This document shows positions 9,161-17,527 of a DNA stretch of 64,000 nucleotides, piece after piece. Below the pieces are notes generated by a model that was not told the origin of the DNA, ran no database searches, and saw only the letters and a list, made by a program, of their open reading frames with translations. The position numbers were made by a program, and so were the translations under genes. The number at the start of each line of letters is the position of its first letter. Positions within the stretch are counted from its first letter, which is position 1. The stretch is from NCBI GenBank assembly GCA_964419575.1, contig CAYQQD010000001.1, positions 7,403 through 71,402 of the forward strand, given 5' to 3'. This DNA comes from an uncultured Dehalococcoidales bacterium. Its GTDB lineage: Bacteria; Chloroflexota; Dehalococcoidia; Dehalococcoidales; E44-bin46.

Positions 9161-10321
9161 TTAGCCAGTCTTTCCCTTCTCCATCAATAATGACTTAAAC
9201 TGAGACTGGTTTTCTTTTCTGACCGATGGTTTGTTAGGCGGTTTTCGCATATCCTTTTCCCAGTGGGGATTAAATAGGAGGTCGAGGACATGCAGACTGG
9301 GCTTATGGACGGAAAGGGTCTCACGGCAGACGGCACAATAGGCAAGCATATCAAAGTGGGCTTCGGCTACCCTTTCTTTAGTCAAACTGAATACCCGCAT
9401 GGGATTAAGGGGAAGGATTAGACCTCCCTGACCACAGCATAAGGTAAGCTCTCTGGAGTGGGTTAACTCCTCTATCTGGTGCCCGGAAAGCTTGACCAAT
9501 TCCCTGACGCTGTCTTGTAACTTGGTTTCCCACCTAGCGGTACAGGAATCGTGCAGTGAGAAAGTGCGCTGACCATTTTTAGGCTGCTGAGGGACGCCCA
9601 CTTCTATCAGTACCTCATACAGCGTTTTCAGCTCAAAACTGGGGTTAGCCCGCTTAAAGGTGCGGTAGCAATCAGGGCAGGGCACAATCAATTCGGAAGC
9701 CCCCAATTTGCTCATCTCATGCTCTAATCCACCCATCGTCTCCTTAAACTGGGAATGCTCTCCCAAGCCATGATAAGGGGCACCACAGCACCTCAGGATA
9801 ATCCCGGTACCCGGTAGCTTCTTTCTAAGGTAGTCGTAGGTTGCCATGGTAAGGGAAGGCGAATAGGCTGGTAAATTGCAGCCGGTGAAGAATGCCCGCT
9901 TGCACTCAGTGGCATCTGGGTCAGGCAGGGACAGGGCAAAGGCTGGGGAAAGCGCCCATTCTACATCGTCATTGATAACTTTATGCGCCGGGAGCGGTCC
10001 TATTCCTTCCTCTACTAACAACTCACGGAGCACCAAACACAGCTCACCTATATTCACCCGGTAAGGGCAGGTCTTCTGGCATAGTTCGCATAGATTACAG
10101 GAATAGGGAATCTCGGGCTTTTCCTTAAAGTAGTCTTTCATCCCCAATAAGACCCTGCGGGCTATCTTGCGTGGGTCATAGTTCTTGTCGACCTCTCTAA
10201 CCAGGCAGCCAGCAGTGCATGTTCCGCACCCTAGGCAACGCCTCAGGTCTTCACCTTCCATCCGTGCCAAAACCTCTTCCCTGAATTTAGCATCCAGCTT
10301 ATTTACCAGTATTGGTTCCAA
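9161..10321 (-). CDS. HdrD-like Fe-S protein (HdrC-type 2x[4Fe-4S] fused to HdrB-type double CCG domain)
   Basis: 386 aa. Cluster motifs 'CLGCGTCTAGC' and 'CNLCELCQKTCP'. Two CCG-domain patterns are present: 'FFTGC...RCCGAP...PCPDC' and 'HDSC...LCCGQGG...YCAVC'. Confidence 0.8.
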   Translation of the reverse strand: MEPILVNKLDAKFREEVLARMEGEDLRRCLGCGTCTAGCLVREVDKNYDPRKIARRVLLGMKDYFKEKPEIPYSCNLCELCQKTCPYRVNIGELCLVLRELLVEEGIGPLPAHKVINDDVEWALSPAFALSLPDPDATECKRAFFTGCNLPAYSPSLTMATYDYLRKKLPGTGIILRCCGAPYHGLGEHSQFKETMGGLEHEMSKLGASELIVPCPDCYRTFKRANPSFELKTLYEVLIEVGVPQQPKNGQRTFSLHDSCTARWETKLQDSVRELVKLSGHQIEELTHSRELTLCCGQGGLILPLNPMRVFSLTKERVAEAHFDMLAYCAVCRETLSVHKPSLHVLDLLFNPHWEKDMRKPPNKPSVRKENQSQFKSLLMEKGKTG

Positions 10322-10370
10322 CTTTAACCCCCTACCATTACCTATTTATATCAAAGTTTCCGCTACTGGG

Positions 10371-11210
10371 CTAATACTCGCTAGACAACTCATTAAGCTG
10401 AGCTAGAGTAAATACGGGCCCAGCCTGGCAAACATATTTGTTGCCTATGTTGCACCGACCACATTTTCCTATCCCGCATTTCATCTTCATCTCCAGTGAC
10501 AGGATAATCCTCTGCGGTGGAAATCCAAGTTGCCTGAGAACTGGCAAGGTAAACTTTATCATGATTGGCGGACCGCAAACCACAGCATAGGCATTCTCCG
10601 GGCTGGGGGCAACCTCTTTGATAACGTTGGGGACGACCCCCACCTTTCCACGCCAGCCTTCGTCTGCCTGGTCCACGGTAAGATACAGGCCAAGGTCAGG
10701 CCTTGCTTCCCATTGTTTAAATTCGTCCTTATAAAGCAGTAAACCTGGGCGCCTAGCCCCATAGATAACGGTAACATTGCTAAACTGGCTCCGGTTCTCG
10801 TGATACAAAATGTATTTGAGTAGAGAGCGTAGGGTGGTAAAGGCAAACCCGCCGCCAACGATAACTATATTCTTGCCTTTAAACAATTCTAAGGGGAAGC
10901 AATTGCCGAGGGGACCTCTTATCCCGATTATTGCTCCTTCCTCTAGGTTGTGGAGTGCCGTAGTTAACACCCCTACCTTGTTCACCGTAAACTCAAGCGC
11001 CCCGGGTTGGGTTGGGGAAGAGGCTATACCAAAGGGGGCTTCACCTTCACCTAAAACCGATAACTGGGCAAACTGACCTGGCAAGTAGTTAAAGCTACTT
11101 TCCTCCGCCTTATTGAGAAAACTGAGGCTAAATGTCTTTATATTCTTGTCATCGGTTTCAATGACAATCTTTTCTGCTGTCATCGCTAATGGGATATATG
11201 GGTTCTTCAT
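10371..11210 (-). CDS. FAD/NAD(P)-binding oxidoreductase with C-terminal [2Fe-2S] (FlxA / AsrB / PyrK-like)
   Basis: 279 aa. Ferredoxin-reductase-type layout with C-terminal 'CGIGKCGRCNIG'. Confidence 0.8.
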   Translation of the reverse strand: MKNPYIPLAMTAEKIVIETDDKNIKTFSLSFLNKAEESSFNYLPGQFAQLSVLGEGEAPFGIASSPTQPGALEFTVNKVGVLTTALHNLEEGAIIGIRGPLGNCFPLELFKGKNIVIVGGGFAFTTLRSLLKYILYHENRSQFSNVTVIYGARRPGLLLYKDEFKQWEARPDLGLYLTVDQADEGWRGKVGVVPNVIKEVAPSPENAYAVVCGPPIMIKFTLPVLRQLGFPPQRIILSLEMKMKCGIGKCGRCNIGNKYVCQAGPVFTLAQLNELSSEY

Positions 11211-11221
11211 CTCTACTTTGC

Positions 11222-12256
11222 CTATCTATTTAATATGCTATTTAGCACCGTCCGTATATCTAGGTTCACCGGGCAGTCTTTAATGCACCGACCACACCCG
11301 ACGCAGGCGGCCACATTATGGTTATCCACAAAATACTTAAACTTATGCATTACCCTTTGCCTCATCCTTTCCTTCCCGGTGGGTCTGGGATTAACCCCTG
11401 ATGCCTCCAGGGTAAACAGGGGGAAGGAGCAAGTATCCCAGATACGAACCCTTCTCCCCATTTGGTCTAAAGTCTCATCAGCTATATCAAAGCAATGACA
11501 GGTGGGGCAGAGATAGGTGCAAACGGCACAGCCAAGGCACTTCTCGTGTAGCCAGTCCCAGAAGGGGTCTTCAAACATCCCGTCCAATTTCTTCTTTGTC
11601 TCCCCCGTCTCTACTTTGGATTTAATCAAGGTGCTTGCCCTCTGAGTAACCTTTCGCATTAAAGACAGACTACGCCGTCCTGCTTCCCTAAACTGGCTGT
11701 GTTTTTTAACCAGCTGCTTGCCCCTGTCGGTAACTGCTTGAACCACGTATTCCTGGTCGATATCTATGAGAAGCAGGTCTGAGCCGTCTGTGGAGAAAGG
11801 ACCTCCGCCTAAAGAGGTGCAGAAACAGGTACTACTTGGCTGGTTACAACCGATGGCCATGACTAACGTCCTTTCTCTTTTAGCCGTATAGTAGACATCT
11901 TTATACTCCTGGCTATTAAATATATTATCAAAGATAACCAGGCTTCTGGCATCACAAGGGCGGATGCCAAAGATTACCATCGGCTTATCTTCAAAGGTGG
12001 GCTCTTCTATCCCTAACCCCTCTCCACCTAAACGGTAATTAAATAACACCTCAGACTGAGGGAAGAAAATTTCCTTGGGTGGTTTCTTGGAGTTGACATA
12101 ATCTAGCAGGACTTCACTGCCTGAATGAATCTCCTGAAATGCAATAAAGCCGCCCTGTTTCACCGGGGCAAATACCTTATACTCACTGATTAAGCTATCT
12201 AAGAAGCGAGCCAGCTCGCTTTTGGCGATTTTCATTTCCTTCATAGTCATCTTCAC
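11222..12256 (-). CDS. 4Fe-4S dicluster protein (FlxB / AsrA-like)
   Basis: 344 aa. 'CLGCAVCTYLCPTCHC' and 'CVGCGRCIKDCP'. It sits between the FlxA-like and FlxC-like genes. Confidence 0.7.
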   Translation of the reverse strand: MKMTMKEMKIAKSELARFLDSLISEYKVFAPVKQGGFIAFQEIHSGSEVLLDYVNSKKPPKEIFFPQSEVLFNYRLGGEGLGIEEPTFEDKPMVIFGIRPCDARSLVIFDNIFNSQEYKDVYYTAKRERTLVMAIGCNQPSSTCFCTSLGGGPFSTDGSDLLLIDIDQEYVVQAVTDRGKQLVKKHSQFREAGRRSLSLMRKVTQRASTLIKSKVETGETKKKLDGMFEDPFWDWLHEKCLGCAVCTYLCPTCHCFDIADETLDQMGRRVRIWDTCSFPLFTLEASGVNPRPTGKERMRQRVMHKFKYFVDNHNVAACVGCGRCIKDCPVNLDIRTVLNSILNR

Positions 12257-12266
12257 CGGTTGATAT

Positions 12267-13217
12267 TTACCTTATAAATTGTTGAGGGTCATCCAGACTA
12301 AAGGCAGCCAAAGGTGGCATATCCTCAAGATTTACTCCTGCTTGGTAATGGAATAATTCTTTAACATCCTTTTCTATCTTCTTGGTAAGCTTTCTGATAT
12401 CAATACCCATCGGGCAGGCTCGGTCACAGGCACCGCAATCAACACATCGCCCGGCAGTGTGAAAGGCACGGATAATGTGAAACATTGAAGTATCGCTAAG
12501 ATTAGTGGTCTTCCCGATCCATTGGGGCTGGGAGCTATCGACAAAACACTCCTGGCAGTAGCATAACGGGCAAGCATTCCTACAGGCATAGCATCTAATA
12601 CATTTACTAACCTCGTTAGTGAAACTTTGCCATCTCCTATCAGCGGGTTGAGCTTCAAACTCCTTCACCTCTCCATACTCATCAATCCCTTGTTTTTCTT
12701 CTACTTTATCTCCAATTAGGACGTCATATATTACCGGGTTCCTATAGCTACAGGTGTTGCAGGAGTTATGGAGAAATTCTGCCTTGTTTATAGTCTCGGT
12801 AAAGTCACTGCCCTTGAGGATGACCCTTTCGGTTGCTTCATCGGCTTCTAGAATTTCCTTCCCGTCCAATTTAGCTTCGATCTTTCTCCTATCAATCATC
12901 CCGTGGCATGGAATACCAATAATGAGCACTTGCTCCCTAGCCACCTGCTTCTCTTTAATGAGACTAATAATTGAGCGGGTATCACAGCCTTTGGCAACAA
13001 TGCCGACCTTTTCCTTTCTCCCCCACAGATACCTGGCAAGGTTATTCTCGCAACTGGCATTCCAAATGAGCTTTTCTGCTTCTTCGCTCGTCCTAACAAA
13101 ACAGGGAGTGCTACGCAGAGGGAGGGTGCCTGTTTCAAACCCGATTATGAGGTCAACCCTCTTCTGGTCAAGCAATTTCTTGGCTGTATCCCTTATCATA
13201 ACTGATGTATTCAGCAT
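12267..13217 (-). CDS. Fe-S protein (FlxC-like; FrhB-like N-terminal part plus 2x[4Fe-4S])
   Basis: 316 aa. 'CIRCYACRNACPLC' and 'CVDCGACDRACP'. Confidence 0.65.
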   Translation of the reverse strand: MLNTSVMIRDTAKKLLDQKRVDLIIGFETGTLPLRSTPCFVRTSEEAEKLIWNASCENNLARYLWGRKEKVGIVAKGCDTRSIISLIKEKQVAREQVLIIGIPCHGMIDRRKIEAKLDGKEILEADEATERVILKGSDFTETINKAEFLHNSCNTCSYRNPVIYDVLIGDKVEEKQGIDEYGEVKEFEAQPADRRWQSFTNEVSKCIRCYACRNACPLCYCQECFVDSSQPQWIGKTTNLSDTSMFHIIRAFHTAGRCVDCGACDRACPMGIDIRKLTKKIEKDVKELFHYQAGVNLEDMPPLAAFSLDDPQQFIR

Positions 13218-13226
13218 AGGCTTACC

Positions 13227-13664
13227 TTAATCCAACTTTTTAACCAACTCCTTTGCCGGTCCCAAAGCCCTGACTTCCTCGGTAATCTCTGTTATCAGCT
13301 CGGCAAACCTTTTCCCTTCGGCAGCAGATACCCAGGCGAAGTGGACTCGCCCTTTCTCAATACCCAGGTATTCAAGGAGATTATTCAGAATGGCAAACTT
13401 CCTCCTGGCAACATAATTACCACTGAGATAGTGGCAATCACCGGGGTGGCACCCTGAAACCAGGACGCCATCGGCGCCACGCTGCAGGCTTTTTAAGATT
13501 AGCAGCGGACTTATTCTACTTGAGCAGGGGACGCGGATAATCCGAGTATTGGGCGGGTATTGAAGTCGGCTTACCCCGGCTAAGTCAGCGCCAGCATAGC
13601 TACACCAATTACAGAGAAAGGCGATTATTTTGGGTTCCCACCCGTTTACTTTTTCCTCTTGCAT
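13227..13664 (-). CDS. mvhD: MvhD / FlxD-type hydrogenase-delta-like protein
   Basis: 145 aa. 'FLCNWCSYAGADLAG' and 'GCHPGDCHY' signature. Confidence 0.85.
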   Translation of the reverse strand: MQEEKVNGWEPKIIAFLCNWCSYAGADLAGVSRLQYPPNTRIIRVPCSSRISPLLILKSLQRGADGVLVSGCHPGDCHYLSGNYVARRKFAILNNLLEYLGIEKGRVHFAWVSAAEGKRFAELITEITEEVRALGPAKELVKKLD

Positions 13665-13707
13665 TTTCTATACCCGTTATCTTAATTCCCCAGCGCTTAT
13701 CACTGTC

Positions 13708-16700
13708 CTAAGAAGCATTAATTAGGGCTAAAATCTGGGCATTACTGAACCCCTTCATATTCATTGCCCCACATATACAGGAAGAAACACATGCCCCACA
13801 CCCCTTACACAGAGCCTCATTGACCTTGGCTACCTTCTTGTCAGCATCAATGTCTACGGCTTGGAAGGGACAAATCAAGGCACAAACGCCGCAACCACTA
13901 CATTTGCTCTCATCGACAAGCGAGACCAATCCCCCGACTTCAATTACGTCCTTAGATAAGATGGTACCAGCCCTGGATGCTGCTGCCTTAGCCTGGGCGA
14001 TAGTTTCCTCAATAAACTTAGGGCTATGAGCCAGACCGCACATAAACACGCCTTCAGTAGCAAACTCCACCGGGCGTAGTTTCATGTGGGCTTCTAGCAA
14101 AAAGCCGTCCTCATTTAGGGGCACTTTGAATAGCTGGGACAATTTCTTGTTATCGGCAGCAGGAATGGCAGCTACGGCTAAAGCCAGTATATCGGTGTCT
14201 ATGACTAAATCCTCGCCTAATATCGGGTCTCTCATGGTAACCCGGAGCCGGTTCTGATTGTCCTCGGTTACAGTTTCCACCCTAGGTTTATCATCGGTGT
14301 CATAGCGAATGAAGATTACCCCTTTCTCTCTGGCTTCCCGGTAGTAATCTTCCTTAAAGCCATAGGTCCTGATATCCCGATAGAGGACATATATATTCAT
14401 CTTCGGTTTTGCCTCTTTTAGTTTCAGGGCACATTTTATAGACTCGCTGCAGCACACCCGGCTACAATAGGGGCGGTCAGTTTGCCTAGAACCAACACAT
14501 TGAATAATCACCGCATTATCGCAGCCAGCAATTCTACCGTTGCCTGTGGCAACCTCTTCTTCCAGTTCAAGTAAGGTCATCACCCTGGCGTCTTCCCCAT
14601 AAAAGTATTCGCTTGGCTTATACTCCTCGCCCCCGGTAGCAATAATCACCACTCCGTGCTTGAGTTCGTGGGTATCTCGGTTAGCCCCGACCTCTATCCG
14701 GGTAGTAAAATTGCCGACATAACCAGTGGCTTCAACAATATTGGCATTGGTATATACCTGGATTAGGGGACTTTCACAGACCCTGGTGATAAGGTCCTGG
14801 AGATAGGCCTGGATGTCATCGCCCTCCAGGGTATGTCGTATCCTTCTGGCTATTCCTCCCAACTTTTCGCCTCTCTCAACCAGATAGACCTCAAATCCTT
14901 GTTCAGCCAGGTTCAAGGCAGCCACCATCCCGGCTATACCGCCGCCAATAACTAAGCCACGGTGAATTACCTCCAGGGGAGTCTGGGCTACAGGGTGGAT
15001 AAGCCTGGCTTTGGCTACTGCCATTTTTACCAATTCCTTGGCTTTCCCGGTAGCCTCCTCGGGATAATCTTTATGCACCCAGGAACACTGGTCTCGAATA
15101 TTAGCCATCTCAAATAGATACCGGTTTAACCCTGCCTGTCTAATTGTCTCTTGAAACAGTGGTTCGTGGGTGCGGGGGGTGCAAGAAACAACCACTACTC
15201 GATTGAGACTGTGCTGTCTAATCTTCTCCTTTATCCGCTCCTGGGTGTCTTGAGAGCAGGTGTAAAGATTAGCCTCAGCATAGACGACATTGGGCAGGCT
15301 AGCAGCATATTCCTTTACCTCGGGGACATTTACCACTCCAGCAATATTGATGCCGCAGTGACAGACAAAAACCCCAATCCTCGGTGGCTCTCCCCTTATA
15401 TCTCTTTCCGGGGGGTACTCCTTTTTCTTTACCAGGCTATTACGTACCGAGGAAAGTGAGGCAGAAGCTGAAGCTGCGGTGGCACTCGCCTGCATCACTG
15501 TTTCGGGGATGTCTTTAGGACCCTGAAAAGCCCCACAAACGAATATACCTGGCTTAGAGGTCTCAACAGGCAAGAAACCATCAGTTTTACAGAACCCATA
15601 TTTATTGAGTTCGATTCCCAGTCTACTAGCTAGCTCCTCAGCCCCTTTAGATGGCTCAAGCCCAACCGAGAGGACAACCAGGTCAAATTCCTCCTTTATC
15701 AGCTTACCGTCCTCAGCCTCATACTTTATCCTCAGATTTTTTGTCTCTGGTATCTCCTCAATTACCGAGGGTCTACACCTGATAAACCTGACCCCGTGCT
15801 CACTCATTGCCCGCTCATAGTAGGCCTCAAACCCTTTGCCGAAAGTCCGCATATCCATAAAGAAGATGGCGGTGTCCAAGGGGAGACGGCTGTGCTCCTT
15901 AGCCACTATTGCCTCTTTGATGGCATAGGTACAACAGACTCCTGAGCAGTAGCCTTTACCTTGATTTAAATCTCTTGAACCGACGCATTGAATAAAGGCA
16001 ATTTTTTGAGGAATATCCCTATCAGAGGGTCTTAATAGTTCACCCTGATACGGTCCAGAGGCGCTTAGCATCCGCTCAAACTCAATGCTAGTGACGACAT
16101 TAGGGTACTTACCGTACCCGTAGTTCAGCATAAGAGCCACCTCGGGCAACCCATATCCAGGGCAAAGAATGACAGAGCCGACATTTATTGTCTGGATTTC
16201 CTCCTTATCTGAATACTGTACTGCTTTGGCTAGGCACAACTTGTCACATAAGCCGCATCCAATACATTTTTCCCTGTCGATAGCGTAAGCCCTTGGCACT
16301 GCTTGTGGATACTTTACATAAATAGCAGCCCGGTTACTCAGCCCCTCATCAAAGGAATTGGTTGTTCTTACTGGGCAATGTTTGGCACACTCGCCACACC
16401 CGGTACATTTATCAATATCGATGTACCGCGCCTTCTTAGCTAGGGTAACTTGGAAATTGCCGGCTTCGCCTTTTATGTCTTTTATCTCGGCATTAGTCAT
16501 GATACTAATATTTAAATGCCGTCCACACTCAACCAATTTGGGCGACAGGATGCACATTGAGCAATCATTGGTGGGGAAGGTCTTATCAAGTTGAGCCATC
16601 ACCCCGCCAACCGCCGGTGACTGTTCGGCTAAATAGACATAGAACCCTGATTCAGCTAAGTCAAGGGCTGCCTGTATACCCCCGATACCGCCACCAATAA

Positions 16701-16743
16701 CTAGCACCGCTCCCGTTTTGCCATTTAAGCTAACTTTAGCCAA
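13708..16743 (-). CDS. hdrA: giant HdrA-like flavoprotein (two HdrA-type cores in one chain), copy 1
   Basis: 1011 aa. Two dinucleotide loops are present ('VIGGGIGGIQAALDLAESG' at the N-terminus and 'VIGGGIAGMVAALNLAEQG' near aa 600). It also carries 'FPTNDCSMCILSPK', two 'QCVGSR...YCS.VCC' motifs, 'VFVCHCGINI' and four CxxCxxCxxxC motifs. Confidence 0.85.
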   Translation of the reverse strand: MAKVSLNGKTGAVLVIGGGIGGIQAALDLAESGFYVYLAEQSPAVGGVMAQLDKTFPTNDCSMCILSPKLVECGRHLNISIMTNAEIKDIKGEAGNFQVTLAKKARYIDIDKCTGCGECAKHCPVRTTNSFDEGLSNRAAIYVKYPQAVPRAYAIDREKCIGCGLCDKLCLAKAVQYSDKEEIQTINVGSVILCPGYGLPEVALMLNYGYGKYPNVVTSIEFERMLSASGPYQGELLRPSDRDIPQKIAFIQCVGSRDLNQGKGYCSGVCCTYAIKEAIVAKEHSRLPLDTAIFFMDMRTFGKGFEAYYERAMSEHGVRFIRCRPSVIEEIPETKNLRIKYEAEDGKLIKEEFDLVVLSVGLEPSKGAEELASRLGIELNKYGFCKTDGFLPVETSKPGIFVCGAFQGPKDIPETVMQASATAASASASLSSVRNSLVKKKEYPPERDIRGEPPRIGVFVCHCGINIAGVVNVPEVKEYAASLPNVVYAEANLYTCSQDTQERIKEKIRQHSLNRVVVVSCTPRTHEPLFQETIRQAGLNRYLFEMANIRDQCSWVHKDYPEEATGKAKELVKMAVAKARLIHPVAQTPLEVIHRGLVIGGGIAGMVAALNLAEQGFEVYLVERGEKLGGIARRIRHTLEGDDIQAYLQDLITRVCESPLIQVYTNANIVEATGYVGNFTTRIEVGANRDTHELKHGVVIIATGGEEYKPSEYFYGEDARVMTLLELEEEVATGNGRIAGCDNAVIIQCVGSRQTDRPYCSRVCCSESIKCALKLKEAKPKMNIYVLYRDIRTYGFKEDYYREAREKGVIFIRYDTDDKPRVETVTEDNQNRLRVTMRDPILGEDLVIDTDILALAVAAIPAADNKKLSQLFKVPLNEDGFLLEAHMKLRPVEFATEGVFMCGLAHSPKFIEETIAQAKAAASRAGTILSKDVIEVGGLVSLVDESKCSGCGVCALICPFQAVDIDADKKVAKVNEALCKGCGACVSSCICGAMNMKGFSNAQILALINAS
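15542..15797. repeat. 256-bp tract identical to 19356-19611 (inside hdrA copy 1)
   Basis: Base-by-base comparison of the two paralogues shows a constant offset of 3814 bp with no mismatch over 256 bp. Flanks are clearly diverged. Confidence 0.9.
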
Positions 16744-16757
16744 CTCTGTTTGACCGC

Positions 16758-17519
16758 CTATTTCTTGATGTATTTAGGTGTCCTGTGCTCAAGGGTGTGA
16801 AGGTGCACCTCCCCCGTCTGCTCAAGGTCGACCAGATATGAGGAAATAAGCTTTGGGTCAAGGCTGGTAGCTTGAGCTATCTCTCTAACCGACATCGCCT
16901 GTTGTTGTAAAAGGATAGCTATCCAGCTCTTAATATATTCGTCACGAATTGCGGTATCCAAAAGCGACTCAAATTTATCTGGAGATATCTTCTCGCCAAA
17001 CACATTTCCCTTCTCTACTAGACCAATCTCATTACCCACCAGCCAGCGTACTTTTTCCGTCTGTAAGGTAGCTCTAACCGCCCGGAGACGCTGGCGTAAG
17101 GGTTCATCGGTGCCGTCGGCTTTAAGCGGACCGATAGCTCTGACTTTATTGATGAATGAGGTAACGATGTCAACAAACCTCTGCCCCTCAGCGGCTGATA
17201 CCCAGTCAAGGCGAAGCCTTTCCGGATGAACCCCGGCAATATCCAGGAGTCTTTTAGTCATTTTCATCTTTTTCTCTGCGTAGTAGTTACCAGTGCCATA
17301 GTGGCAATCACCAAAGTGGCAACCTAAAACCAGAACCCCGTCCAAACCGGCGAGAAAGGCGGTAATAATAAACACCGGGTCAACCCGGCCTGAGCACATA
17401 GTCCTAATATTCACCACATTAGCCGGGTATTGGAATCGGGATATGCCAGCCAAATCAGCGCCAGCATAAGAACACCAGTTACACAAGAAAGATAGTATTC
17501 TAGGCTCGAAATTTGACAT
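16758..17519 (-). CDS. mvhD: MvhD-like domain fused to a ~120-aa C-terminal extension ending in a winged-helix-like segment
   Basis: 253 aa. N-terminal 'FLCNWCSYAGADLAG' and 'GCHFGDCHY'. The C-terminus 'MSVREIAQATSLDPKLISSYLVDLEQTGEVHLH' looks like a wHTH recognition unit. Confidence 0.75.
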   Translation of the reverse strand: MSNFEPRILSFLCNWCSYAGADLAGISRFQYPANVVNIRTMCSGRVDPVFIITAFLAGLDGVLVLGCHFGDCHYGTGNYYAEKKMKMTKRLLDIAGVHPERLRLDWVSAAEGQRFVDIVTSFINKVRAIGPLKADGTDEPLRQRLRAVRATLQTEKVRWLVGNEIGLVEKGNVFGEKISPDKFESLLDTAIRDEYIKSWIAILLQQQAMSVREIAQATSLDPKLISSYLVDLEQTGEVHLHTLEHRTPKYIKK

Positions 17520-17527
17520 TTTCCCCT

